A DNA stretch of 64,000 nucleotides from Diploschistes diacapsis (Eukaryota). The translations under genes and the position numbers were made by a program. The notes under the pieces were generated by a model. That model saw only the letters and a list, made by a program, of their open reading frames with translations, was not told the origin of the DNA and did no database searches. The stretch lies in contig JALAIB010000002.1 in the NCBI GenBank assembly GCA_023645945.1, positions 1-64,000 on the forward strand. Reading direction: 5' to 3'. The number at the start of each line of letters is the position of its first letter. Within the stretch, counting starts at the first letter, position 1. Positions 46,324 through 59,739 of the stretch are shown one piece after another.

Positions 46324-47142
46324 GGTACCTCGCTTAAAAGTCTATCTAGCCAGTCGACTGAAAGATGCACCGTAGCTGAGGCGAGGATAAGTAAGGGGGG
46401 GGAGGGTTCGCTCTCACAGAAGGAGGGGGTCACGGCGGAGGAGTCATCGCGTCTGTGGTCGCGAACGTCAAGCCACTTAGTGACCAGAGGGTTCGTACAG
46501 ACAGCAATAGACGATAAGAATACAACAGTCGCAAAAGGATGGAGCTTTTGTTTTTGTCTTTGACTTCTGCGGAAAATTGGGTATTTTTACGCCAATCATG
46601 ACGTCCTCTGGATTCTACGTGCTCCTGGCATGTGGAACCAAACCCCCATCCCATTGGATGCCTACACAGCTACTAGTGATGATCTCTGAGACTTACTGCG
46701 CAAAGAACAACGGGCTCTTAATGCAATGCGCTAGACTTAAGACATGCAACTACTGTAACTAGTCGTTGTCGTGATCCTGGATTGTCAAGATCGAGGCCTT
46801 CTCAGCCACACAAACCAAGTCCGGGGGAGATCTCATGATCCATCGTATTTTGGATTGGACATGGCTGACGCTCCGTGGTATCGGAAGGGAAAGGAAATCG
46901 ATCTTACTAGTTCTGATCGAAATTGGCACAATGCGGATACAGGGGTTTATGTATACACACTCAGGGTGCAGGTATGTCTATGGCATGGACACCGTCACGC
47001 CGTACAGCAGTAGGAAACAGAACAACCTTAATCCTCATTATACTCAAGTTAAAGTGCCAACTACCCTAGTGTTTCTTTGTAAAGACAGCATGAAAACTTC
47101 TGCCAGCAACAAGCAATCCAGTTGTGCGCAAATCCACCCTTT

Positions 47143-49371
47143 TCACAGCAACGCGATGGCCACCAGAATACCAGCAAGCGCCGTTCCCACAATTGCCACA
47201 TCCTTTCCAATGCGGTTGCCTTCGCTCTGTGCTTTAGGTTCGGTCGTAGTCTGCTCAGGTTTAGGCACCAAAGTTTCTATAACGGTGGTCTGAACGGTCA
47301 CGATAACAGGTGATGGCTGTGGAGGCGATGCTATAACAACGACGGTGTTCACAATAGTCTTCTCAGGAGGCGTTGACTGCACAGCGTAAACGGCTGTCCT
47401 TGGCCATGGGGGCTGGTTCATCTCAGTCGGATCCGGAACCTTCTGGGAAACAACAACGTCGTCTGACCAGATCATGGTTCCAGAGGTGCCTCGGTCAGTG
47501 AGTGTAGTGACTCTGTCGGGTTTGACCCAAGACCATGCATGAGTGGTGATAATCGTTTTTGGAGTCCAGGTAGGGTCCTGAAGCTTCTTATCACTCATGA
47601 CCATTCCAGAGATTGAAGCAGCCTCCGCTTGAAAGTCGGACCAGATCTTCCTTGGCCCGTCGTCCCATGCACTCTTGAGGATTTCGGGCACTTTCGACGT
47701 CAGGGCAAGATTCTCTTTGACCGACAAGTAAACAGCATCGGTGGGCTCTGGATCCCCTGCTTTGGACTGCATATCAAGCGCAGACTGGACGTCTTTGAAA
47801 TACGTGGTCACTATGGGATCTAAAAGCTCTTGAAACTTGGATTGCTACAGTGAAGAGTCAGAGAGGTAATAAATGAGGAATTCGACGTACCTGAGCCGTG
47901 TTGAACGTCGTACTCCTCGTAGCCTGGCTCGGATACACACCAACGACTAGCGTCGTGACAATATCTCTGGCCTCCAAGCTACCATCGCGGCAGTTGTCAG
48001 TCGCGTTGAGTAACACGACCGTGCTGTCGACGTCAACATCGGGACAGTCGTAGCCCTTATAAGCAATGTTAGGGAAGTCATCAACAGACCAAGGTGGCAA
48101 AGGCCTCAGAAGGCTTATGATTGCGTATCAGGAAATGAACTTACATGGCTTCCATTGTCAACTCTAATACCATATTTCGAGTCGTTGTCGTCATCATCTC
48201 TGGCTTCCAAGCTACTATTGCAGCTGTTCTTAGTCGCGTTTAATAACACGACTGTGCTGTCAATATCAATGCCGGCAAAGCCGTGACCCTTTACAGACAA
48301 TGTCAGCGGGCTCAGTAACAACAGACCGCGGCGACAAGGGATGAAAGGGCTTTGGGTTCGTACTGGGAGAGAACTCACATCGCTTCCGTCACCACCATTA
48401 AAACTAAAAGCTGGGTTGTTGTCATTACCAATATGACCGCTTTTGCTATCGTCAACACCATGGGCGTCATCACTATCGTTGGATCCGTGATAGCTGTCGT
48501 TGGGACCGTCGCCACCTCCAATGCCATTACCGTCCTCGTTGGCGCCGTCATCACCTCCATCGTCATCCGTTGGTGTAGCCCCATCATCTCCAAAGATAGC
48601 ATTACGGATTGCTTGGTATATATCCTGAAAATTCTCAAGGCTGTCGTTAGTCAAACTCAAATAATTCAGTAGCACATAGGTATGGCTCTGAAAGGCCAAC
48701 AGTTGGTGAACACGTACCGCTGGACTCATTGACTTCGGATCGTCTCCGGAATCTTCACCGTCATCCGGTGGTGTGTCTGCACCAACACAAGGAGATTCAG
48801 GGCCAAGGTATGAAGGTTCCGGACCAGAGCCTATAGTTACAGTCAAGGTTGTAGAGTGTGCAGGTGATCTAAGCGTATTTGCAGTTGACGGCGTGTCAGC
48901 GATGCTCCAAGGCGTCCTTGTCTCGGTCCATCTCTCGGTCCATCTCTCGGTCCATCGATTCGGGATCATCGAGCTGGTGGTTGACGACGACTCACCTGTA
49001 CCTAGATATGGGTCGGAGTCCGGTTCAGGAGCGACTGAATAGACCACATGGGGGTGGAACTCTGTGCTCGAAGTTGAACATGAAGCTTCGGTGGTCGACG
49101 TTGTGCACGACTCAGTGAGTGAGCCTTCTGGGCCAGCATAAGATGGTTCGTCCGTGGTTGAGCAAGGAGATTCTGTAGCCGGAGTTTTATGGACGGGAAC
49201 GGTTTGAGCCTTGATTGAGCAGTAGCCCTGTATTATAAAATGTCAGCATAATATAATATGACAAGGGGCTTAACTGACATCTGCAGAGTGTAAATGACCT
49301 GTTTCCTCTGCAATGCCAGGAGCAGCCAACGCTAGGACAGTGCATATGGAGATAGGAGCAGTGAGCTGCAT
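47143..49371 (-). CDS. Secreted Ser/Thr/Asp-rich, probably GPI-anchored cell-wall protein (multi-exon)
   Basis: ATG 49371 MQLTAPISICTVLALAAPGIA (signal-like), intron, GYCSIKAQ..., repeated exon modules, and a hydrophobic C-terminus SEGNRIGKDVAIVGTALAGILVAIALL*. Internal exon joins are only partly resolved. Confidence 0.6.
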
Positions 49372-50465
49372 AGCGGAAAGCAGATATTCCAGCTAGTGCG
49401 GCGGCTGGTGGCGAGATTGAACGGTTTTCAAACAGTCTGTCAAGCTGTCGACAGCTGCGAGAGCAAAAGAAGTAGAAGAAGATAGGAGAGAGATAGGGAG
49501 AGTCGAATGTTTCGAGGTTCAGAAGCCTTCTCAAAGCTATCGAGAGCAATAGCAAACGGGGTGGCACAATACAGTGCTAAAAATGCTGACAATGACAGTG
49601 AGGAGAGGCGAAGGAAGAAGAGAGAGAAGACAATGAGGAAGGGAACTTATAGGAGGGAAAAGCGTAGCGATGATGCTGTTTGCCGGAAACCTACGATAGC
49701 CCTGGAGAGCCCTGGAGACGGGCTGCAATCGGACAGAGAAGGCACGCTGGAGCTCACCAGGAGCATCTTCTGGTGAGTAATCTGAGATAAAAAGGAAAGA
49801 GACATGCAGAGAAGAGCACATAAAGATGGCAAGGCCTGATCAGAGAAGAGCCCAAGCCGTGCTTTCCAAAATGAAGATTTTGTTGCCACCTCTGGAGCCG
49901 CTGTGGCCCTTTCGTAAGGGGCTCGATGGTAATACTGGAGTTCAAGACGTTTGACACTGACTGCTTATGGTCTTGATGGGATGAAGCACCAAGCCTGCAA
50001 AAAAAATAATTTCTCACTGAAGAATGGCCTGTGGCTATATTCGAGTTCTATTAGTATATTTGTTCTAGCTCAAGTGCTTGGAATTAGCACACGGGAGCGT
50101 ATTCGGCTCAGCAGGCTTCTTAAGCCTACAATTCAATGGATACACTACACGAAAGTCAAAGTGGGCAGTCCACATGGCTATGAGAGAGGACCAGTCGGGG
50201 ATGAACGCCAAATAGCAATGCAAGTGACAAGACCCTTAGAGATGCCCAGCAAGAGGCGGTCGTCACCTTGTCCTTTCTTGAGAATCCTTGACTCCAATGC
50301 TCACATCATCAATGCAAGAACCCAACCGACAGACTTGACAGACTTGCTTCCCTTGCGCAGTAGTCAACCTTTGCTATTGGGGAATTGACTTCCAATGCTC
50401 CTCCGTACCTCTCAAACAGATCTTATCTCGCGTGCGGCGGCGACAGAGACAATCGCTGAAGGCAC

Positions 50466-53400
50466 TCATCTCCACCTCCCGGCTTCTCGTTCTTGCTCAA
50501 CTCGCCTAGCATCTAGTCCGTCTTCGTCTTCATACTTGTAACTCACACGCCTACTGGGTTGCTTTGTACCGTCACCCTTCCGCTTCGGAGCACCAAACGC
50601 TCGGCGTTGCATCTCGCGTTGGAGACGTTCACGATCACGAGCTTCGCGCTCTAGTGTATGGACATCCTTCTCCGCTTTGTTTGCTGGAGCTTTTGGAGCC
50701 TCCCTCTCTCGCTCCTTAGCGCGCTCCACCGGTCTACTTTGCTGCATGCTTGCACGTGGACCAGTTGGGATCGGTTTGGCCAGTACCGGAACTTGGACTT
50801 GAGAGGTACCATTGATTGCCATAGACCCGCGGCGAGAGGCTGAAGAAGGGCCGTGGAAGCTGGGCGTGATCGGAGTTTGGGGCTTAGAGCTCTCATGGCT
50901 ACGTGAATGACGGTCAGAGACTGTCTCATAGTTCGGTGAATGTCCACGGCGAGAGCGCTTCCTTTCGTGGCGTTCTCGTTCGTCCTCTTGGCCATAGTCA
51001 CGGTCCCGTCGTTTCCGTGAATTGTGCCCGTCGTAATCGTCGGTCAACTCGTGTGCATATGGCGTGGTTGGTGTTGGATCAACGGAGTATTCTTGAGACC
51101 TCGAACGTTTCCTGCGGTGCTTTCGCTCTCCCTTGTAAGTATCCTCACGATGGCGGTGTTTCTCCTTTACTACTGTTCTGTCTGGTTCCCAATCACGGTC
51201 TGGGCTCCGACTCTGGGAACGGGCCCGGTGTCGGTGACGTTCCGAGTGATCCGTCTCCTGATCGTGGCGACGATGAGAGCGGTGAGAAGAGCGTTTAGTA
51301 TCGGGTGCTTCGATGGCGTCTTCTTCCTCATAACGGTGAGAGCGGCGATGGCGCCTTTCTTCTCGCCTTTCTTCCCGCTTTCCATTGCGCCGGTCATCAT
51401 GTCTCTCCTCCCTTCTTGACTCGCTAGGCTCACTTGTGAAGGCATGGTGCTTACTTCCATGGTTGTTCATGTGACGAGGAGCAGGCGACCTTGAGCTGGA
51501 GCATGAATGCGAAACTTCTTGGTTGTGGATAGGGGACCGGCTATTTGCAGTCAGCTTGCAACCAAACGGTAAGTTATAGATGCTGCCATATTTGACCTAC
51601 CTTCGTGAGCGGCCCCGAGCATCGCTGCCCACGGGCTCGGGTATGATGGGCTTATCTGAGCCCGCGAGGCCCCAGCCACTTCGTCCCGTATTGCGCAGTC
51701 CCTGACGCAGAGCCCGTGGACCTGTGGGCGCACCTACAACGCCGACAGCTTTAGGTTCGGCAACAGCTATATCTGTGTTTTGAGACGCATCGCTAGGTGT
51801 TCGTCCACCGTGACTATGGCTTTGTACTCGGCCTGGGAATTGCGACGCTGGCCCTACAGAGGTAGTTGAAGCGGGAGGAGGCATAACATTGCGTGAACGG
51901 GGCTCGTCCGAGATAAAGGTCTGGATGGGTCGAGGAGTCGGATCTGCGACTTCACCAAGGTCTTCTAATCCCTGCGCTTCACTGTGTTGTTGCTGCCTCT
52001 CCGTTTCGGAAGGTACTGTGTTTGCTGATTTCTCAACCGTGGCAAAAGACTCATCGGGAAGTATCATTTTACCACAGTCTTGCTGTTCATCATGGACAAT
52101 ACTTTCGGAGCCATCATTAGCTTTAACATCTTGCTCAACTGTCGCTTCAGTTGGCAATGTCTCTTTCGAGTTTGGACTAATGCTAGAGTCTGCATTTTCT
52201 GTATCAACCCAAGCGTTCTTCGAATCTTCATCGACGGATGGCTTTCTCCCCAATTCCTCATCAAAATCGTGTTGCCCACCAGGCGCAAGTTCCTTCATCA
52301 TCTGCGCCTCTGCTTCTGCTGCGGTCATGCTACTCTGAGCAGGCTGGCCTTCGGTCGTACTTTCAAAGTTCTGGTTTGTGAGCTGCTCATTCTGTGAATG
52401 TGGATACAAATTCTGCGTAGGACCATTGTGGTTAGCATACCCACGCTGATTACCTTGATACGATTGATTGTAATTGTTTCGGCCGTAGCCTCCATTGTAG
52501 TATCCACGCCGACCGCGGCGGTTCTGAAAACCTTGACGGCCATGACCACGTTGGAAATCATTGTTTGCATATGATTGATCATTCATCTGGTTGTTATTGC
52601 CGGACATGTTATATCCACCTTGATTACCAAAGCTGCCATTGCCAAATGAATTGTTATTGTACGAATCTTGGCCGGCCATCCAAGGACTGCCAAATTGGTT
52701 TTGGCCGTTCAATCCCATTCCCATATTCATTGCATTCATGTTCATGCCCATGTTCGAGCCGTCGAACCCGCCAAACATTTGTGACATCATCGAAGGCATC
52801 ATCCCCATACCTGTGCACTTTCGTTAACAAACAATTGGACATCAATAAAGGAGGAATCCTTACCCATCATGTTTGGGAATCCGCTCATAGGCATCATGCC
52901 GCCGCCGGACATCATAGAATTGAAATCCATGGGGAAGGTGCTGTTCATATGATTCATACCGTTTAATCCGACAGCGCCGTTCGGGAGGCCTTGGCTAGTA
53001 CTGCTTCCGGCAGCCCATTGATTCACATCTTCGCCTATCTTGCTTTCGTCAAAATCTCTATTTTTTGGGGGACCTTCCTTTTCTTTGATTCCATCCCCTA
53101 AGCTCGCCGCATCTGGTTTATTTGGCACATATGGTTCAGTAGACTGAAACGGGTCAGCTGGGGGGGCTCAGTTGTGAAATGCTAATGCTTGCAGAGACGA
53201 TAACTAACCTCCGGCAGTGTTTGCTTTTCACCTCTGCGAGAGCCTGCCGATCCGTGTGACCTGGCAGAAACTGACTTCTCCATATGCAGTGCTGTCGGTT
53301 CATTCTGACGGACCTGCACAGCATCGCCACCATACTCTTCATCTTTCTCGTCGCTAACGCCATCTTCCTTGCCACTGATAGCTTCGCCAGGAGTCCCGCC

Positions 53401-53877
53401 CACTGCTTCCTCTTCCTTTACTGCTTTAGCAGCTTCTGCAGCTTGGCGCTTCATGCGCGTATCGAACTTATTCTTGAGCAAAGCTCTGATGGTCGTACGC
53501 ATAGACTTGTTCGCCGTACAGATACTCTTATCCAATGGGCTGTGGTGGCAGAGAACGCATTCTTCCGAGTCGTCCGGCAGCTCTGTCTTAAAGCCTTGGA
53601 TTTTGTCAGAGGTAGGCAAAGTATGGGGAGGCTGCTATACGTACAGTTTTCGCAAATGTTAGTTGAGCAACATGGCAGCCTGATAGTATTGTATGCGATC
53701 AAGTCACATATGCCACATCGCAGCTTAGCTGGAATTTCTCGTGTAGTGAGAGATCTATCACGAAGTTAGCGCCAGAGTTTACCTCAGGCGAGTGGAACCT
53801 TACTTTCCCAGCTCTTCCAGTTCGGCTTCCGTTGGGACAACCGTTGGGAACTTAGCGGAGAGAGACCTGGAGGCCAT
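50466..53877 (-). CDS. Low-complexity protein with an N-terminal RING-like Zn finger, Met/Gly/Asn-rich middle and Arg/His/Ser-rich C-terminus (possibly nuclear, RNA-processing)
   Basis: LRCGICDLIAYNTIRLPCCSTNICENC...CVLCHHSP...ANKSMRTTIRALLK; PTGPR motifs; C-terminus RRVSYKYEDE...VEQEREAGRWR*; several introns. Confidence 0.7.
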
Positions 53878-54351
53878 GTTCAAGCCAAAGACTTGGTATG
53901 GTGAGAAAAAGGACTGCCAGCTGCTATAGCTGAATTGAGGGGCACTGTATCTGGAAAGAGAAGAGGTAGGCACAGAAGAATCAGAAGTCGTCAGGTTGGT
54001 GGATGTTTCATGATGGAAAGAAGGCCGAAATGCAGTGGCACAGACTAAAGAACAACAGGTGTTTGAATCAACCGGCTCAGATATCTGTTATGATCTAGAT
54101 TGCAGTCAAACTTGGGCATTTCATGAAGTTGGAAAGTTTCAGTTCATGAGAGCTTACCTAAGGAATGAAAAGGTATAACTTAAAGTTGTGCAAGAAAGCA
54201 TAACTCCACTATGCCTAGCTCTTTGCTACCGGTAGATACTGATGTCAATATTTTACAATATCAAAGGCTTTCCTGTTGTTAATGTTTTCAGTATTGTGCT
54301 TCTCGTCTGTATTGTTAGATTGTATACGATAGATAGCGGAAGGAGGTTACC

Positions 54352-55700
54352 ATGATTCTGGGCCCTATTGCTTACATAGACTGCATGGTGTTTGTTGTTC
54401 TTCTAATACCACAACTACTTTACCGAGTAAACTGGAGTAAACTGCTCCTTACAGGCTTGAAAGCACTGCCTTATCTATGTATGAATTTCCCAGAAAACTC
54501 ATTGGAGATAACTAATCAACTGCAAAATAGTTATATTTATTCCGTATTCGTTCATTGCCGAACGCTATTACACACCCAAAAGAGACCAATCCCCTCATGT
54601 TCAGCGCTCACGGCCGTTCCAAGACTTCGTCACGCGCTCTGTCAAGTATGCATTCGCAAATATGTCAGCCGACATTGGGCGTATCTTCTTCTCCAGAGAA
54701 GTTGCATTACCATTCACACGTTTCCGTATGCTCCGTAATGGCATTTTCCGTTCACCTGTCAAGTGGGCAGAGGTAAGGATACAAGGGAAGGAGAGGTATG
54801 CTGACGTGAAAGTATGCTCTGACAAAGATACTGAAGTGTGTAGTGTACGCGGTCTGCTAATGAAGGCTGATCCCTCGAAAGAGGCAGACATGGTCGTCTA
54901 CTACTGCCATGGTAAAACGCTAGCCCCATGGCCTTCACCTTCTGATCTGACCTAAAACAGGTGGCGGCTTCTCCATGGGCTCACCCTACTTCTACCTGGA
55001 GCCGCATCTTGTTCTGCTATCGTTACTTCAGAGACATTATCAGAACCCGGCCGTTTTCTCGCTGGATTACGATCTGGTCCCAGATCGAAAATGGCCTGTT
55101 CAATTGGACCAAGTAACGGCTGGCTACCAGTTCGCCCTTTCGGTAGCCTCTGGCGATTCCGCTCGAGTGTGCGTGGCTGGCGATTCTGCAGGCGGCACGC
55201 TTGTATTGAGTCTCCTCTTAGCCCTTGCAAAAAAGGTAGGGGTCAACGGAATTAAGCCCGGATATGCAACTCTATTGAGCCCTTGGGTAACGCTCGTGTC
55301 TCCAAGCAATAAGGACACGAAGAGCGACTTTCTCAATTTCGATACTTTACATTTGTATGCAGGTGAATATGCCGGTACGACCGACAATCTCTACAATCCT
55401 TTAATATCACCCGGCTGTTGTAAGGACTTGCAGTGGTGGGCATCCGCCGCGCCATTGAATGGATTTTACTTCAGCTTCGGGTCCGAGGAAGTTCTTTCTT
55501 CAGAGGCGAAGACATTAATCCAGCTTCTGCGAAAAGCCTCTGTTCCGGTTCGTGTAAGGGAGGAGCCAGGAGGAGTACATGCATGGGTCATTGCAAACTT
55601 ATTTCTGTGCAATACATTCGAAGAAAGGATCTTCGGAATGCAAGAGGTGGTAAAAGCGATAGTTTCTAATATCCCTCCGTCAGCGAAACTAAAAAATTAA
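54352..55700 (+). CDS. Alpha/beta hydrolase (HSL-type, Say1-like) with an N-terminal hydrophobic segment
   Basis: YYCH|GGGFSMGS oxyanion motif, AGDSAGG nucleophile elbow, LLSPWV, GGVHAW. Confidence 0.88.
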
Positions 55701-55936
55701 GTCGCTGCGACCACTGTCTTGGGCTAACTGTAGAAATGAAGAAATCATGATAACATGCCTCGCCTAGAGCCTGTCTTGCCTTTCATGATTGTCCTTGTAA
55801 GCGAACAAAAACATCGAGGAAGTTGCCGCAGAAAACCGAAGCGTAACTTCCTGACGCTAGTCCGCAAAAAGAGGCCAACCGTGATTTCAACATCTTCTGG
55901 AGGTTCAGAAGCATCAACTAACACAAAGACATCACA

Positions 55937-57394
55937 ATGCTTACACGTGCTCTGAGGCCAGGCCAAAGACTACCTCTACGGAGGAATGCAGTGACCAGTC
56001 TCTCCCGACGGTTAGTCACGACAGATGCTGCATCAGCACATGCGGACAAGGAAAGCGTACCGACAGTAAGTACTCGAGAAGCAATTTAATGAGATGCAGA
56101 GTTTGATAGGCTGGGCAGGAAGATGACAAGCCATTTGAAGTCAAGCTCTCCGATGAAAGCTTCGAAACATACGAGCTTGATCCTCCTTCATATACCTTGA
56201 ACACTACGAAAAAGGAGCTGAAGCAGATGTACCGTGACATGGTCACGATAAGGTGAGATTGAGCCCTGTATGAAGATTAGTTCGTCCTCGCTGAGTGTTT
56301 CAATGCAGGCGCATGGAAATGGCTGCCGATCGTCTCTACAAAGAAAAGAAAATCCGAGGTTTCTGCCACTTATCGACAGGACAGGAGGCTGTTGCAACCG
56401 GCATCGAGCACGCTATTACCAAGGAAGACTCTGTGATCACTGCGTACCGATGTCATGGCTTTGCTTTGATGCGCGGTGGAACTGTCAAGTCCATTATCGG
56501 GGAACTGCTCGGCCGAAGAGAAGGTATTGCTTACGGGAAGGGCGGATCGATGCATATGTTCTCGAAAGGCTTTTTTGGCGGCAACGGCATCGTCGGCGCT
56601 CAAGTGCCTGTTGGCGCTGGGCTTGCATTTGCACAACAATACACGGGAAAACAGAATACCACGCTCGCCTTGTACGGCGATGGTGCGGCCAACCAAGGTC
56701 AAGTTTTCGAGGCGTTCAACATGGCCAAGCTATGGAACCTACCTATTATTTTTGGATGTGAAAGTATGTTCTTCTTCCGTCCTTACCGCAACATCCATTT
56801 GTCGCATTACTAACAGATGCGCCAGACAACAAGTACGGCATGGGCACATCCGCCAACCGCTCCTCCGCCCTGACCGACTACTACAAGCGCGGGCAGTACA
56901 TCCCCGGCCTGAAGGTCAACGGTATGGACGTCCTCGCCGTCAAAGCCGCCGTCCAATACGGCAAAGCCTACAATCTCGCCGGCCACGGCCCCCTCGTCTA
57001 CGAATACGTCACATACCGCTACGGCGGGCATTCCATGTCCGACCCGGGCACCACCTACCGCACTCGCGAGGAGATCCAGCGCATGCGCAGCACCAACGAC
57101 CCCATCGCGGGCCTGAAGCAGAAGCTGCTCGACTGGGGCGTCACATCCGAGGAGGAGCTGAAGACCATCGACAAGGACGCCCGCAAGTACGTCGACGACG
57201 AGGTGGCGGAGGCGGAGAGGATGGACGTCCCGGAGCCGACACCCAAGGTTTTGTTCGAGGACATGTACGTGAGGGGCAGCGAGCCGCTGTGGGTGAGGGG
57301 CCGGACGCCGGATGAGACGCACTACTTCGACGACCTGGGCGTATCGAAGGAGGGATCGACGCAGAGGTTTGATAAGGAGAGGGCGATGGCTTGA
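55937..57394 (+). CDS. PDA1: Pyruvate dehydrogenase E1 alpha subunit, mitochondrial
   Basis: [63 protein letters not shown]. Confidence 0.97.
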
Positions 57395-57964
57395 GGAGTC
57401 TGTATAAAAATGTTGGTAGCAAGGCGTATCTTAGAAGCGTTCAAGGGCATTGTAGTTTGGTTTTAGAAGGTTCAGCTTCGTCCGAATTTTGCTTTTCGCT
57501 CAATCGACCCAACGTGCAACCGACTCAACTAGTGTGATATCCATCGCAGCTCAGCCCAGCAAGCAACCGGCTATGGGGAGCTCGCGATGCTCCGTAGCTC
57601 CAAGCGCCCCAGAAACGCCAGTGATCCCTAAACGCCTAAACATCCCCAAGCCAAAGGTTCATCACCAACCTTTTCCATGCTCGCTAGCCGTGAGCGCGCC
57701 CACCCCTGTACTGGCCTTGAACACACTCTCCTCTACTCTGCGCTACCCCTGGAGCACTCCCGCGTCAGTCATACTCAGGGTATCTCCGCCGGGTCTTTGC
57801 CAAGCATGGCAAAGTCCGCGTTCATGCCCACGGTGGGTATGTGCGTGTCTGTGGAGAGACTTCGGCTTCTTTGTGGCTCCCGTGCTGCTTCTCCCCTGGC
57901 ACTTCCGTTTCCCCCCTTGCCCCATCTCGCCAATACGCGATCCCTCCTTTTTTCCCTGCCCCCG

Positions 57965-59739
57965 TCATCGCCCAACACGCGATCCCTCCTTTCCCCCTTC
58001 TTTTGCGCCATCGTCTCTCTCCACCTTCCCGCCTCCCCCCCCGTTAAGCTCGGTCGTGTCTGTGCTAATCTTGGGCTTCTTCGCGGCTCCCTGCTCCTCA
58101 TCCGACTCCTCGTCTTCGTCGTCCACAATCTTTCTCTTCCCCCTCCCACTTCGGGCTCTGCTAGCGCTCTCGTTTTGCGCTGGCCCATTATCGCCCGCAC
58201 TTTCCGCCCCCTGCTCCTCATCCCTCGGACCCTGCTCCATCTTCCCTAGCAGCCGCTCATAATCCTCCCACTGCCGGGCCAGCGTCTGCTCCAGCTTCTC
58301 CACCCTCTCGTCCCCCTCAATCTGTATCAGCAGATCCTTGTGCTGCCGATATATCCTCTGCTTGACCAGCAGCCGCCAGTAGTAGAACGCCCTGTCTCCC
58401 TCGTCGCTCGCCCAAGCCTTGCGCGTCAGCCGCGTCGTATTCGCCTGCCGCGTGTACTGCGGGATCTGCGATAGGAGGTGCATCTCCACCAGCCGCGCGA
58501 ACTGGCGCGGGGCAAGCTTGTTCTTCGTACGCAGGGTTTCGAGGAGGGGCTTGTCGAGGAGCTTGGAGGTGGGGACACAGACTCGGGGGCGGCGCACGGT
58601 GAGCTTGGGCTCGAGGTTCACGTTCAGCTTGATTTGGGAGAAGGTGCCGTTTGCGGAGAGGCGAGCGTAGTCGCAGAAGTCGCGGAGGTCGTCGAAGTGC
58701 TCGTTAGGGTCCTCGACGGTGATCTCTATGCAGGCGGGATCGGAGAGGATGGAGGAGATGGCGGCCTTGTAGAGGTGGCGCCCGTGGCCCCGGCCTTGGA
58801 AGGGGGGGAGAATGAGAAATTGGGAGATGCGGGTGCGGTTGGGCAGGGAGGTGAGAGAGATAGGGTCGGGTGGGGGAAAGGAGAATGATCGAGGGGAAGA
58901 GGCTTGTGCGGTTGCGTGAGTGGAGCTGGAGGTGAAGAGGGAGGAGGTGGAGGGCTGGTAGGTGAGGAAGCCATAGGCCGTGCTGTAACCGACAAGGGAG
59001 TAGGGGGAGTAGATGAATTCAGTGGTAGGGAGTTTTTCAAAGCTGGTAACCATAAGCAGCGTAGTGTGTATGCGAAGGCGATGGCTTACATGAACCAGAC
59101 TCGCCAGCGCGCGGACGACCACTCCGGATCGTCCATAGGTATCAGGACGCCACCATCGATAAAGAAGGGTATTAGGATCTGGACTCGCTCGATAAGCTTC
59201 GCAACGCTGGGATCGGAGAGTTCTCCAGCCCATATCTCATAGTCGTGCCCTTCGAGAGCATAAGAGCTCATGCATTTTCCAGGCGGTTTGAATGAGCCTG
59301 CCTTCTCGGCATTGCGGAGTCGGCTATCGAAGTCTTCCGGACTATTGAAGGCGTCTTGGGCATGATATTAGCTTTGTAAATATGGAGAAGTCGCATGATC
59401 GCACATGGTGGCAAATACTCCTTGAAGATTTTCTTCAGATCCACCGCTCTTGTATCTCCAACAGCCTTCCATTTATCGCTATACGTGATGTCTAGGTTCG
59501 GATATACGTCATGCGCTGTGAAGCGAAGTTTCACGTCCAGGTCTTTGTAACCAAATATCGATTGATCTTGCCCAAAAAATTGCTCGGTATACTCGGGATT
59601 GAAGGAGTAGATCTGCTCGGGGCCACCTTTAGAAGGCTGGCTTATGGTGATCTGGATAGCTTCATTGGCGCTTGTAGACCCTGTTGATCTGTCAGACGTA
59701 ATTGCTAGCATGTGAAACTAGCATACATTCTTCGTCCAT
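57965..59739 (-). CDS. HAT1: Histone acetyltransferase type B catalytic subunit
   Basis: MDEE|WSTSANEAI, IFGYKDL, QILIPFFIDGG, RISQFLILPPFQGRGHG, EITVEDPNEHFDDLRD, YWRLLVKQRIY. Confidence 0.93.

Noticed and set aside
57489..58262. 257-aa and 190-aa + strand ORFs
   Set aside because: Antisense to the G-rich HAT1 3' end; low-complexity Pro/Ser/Leu translation.
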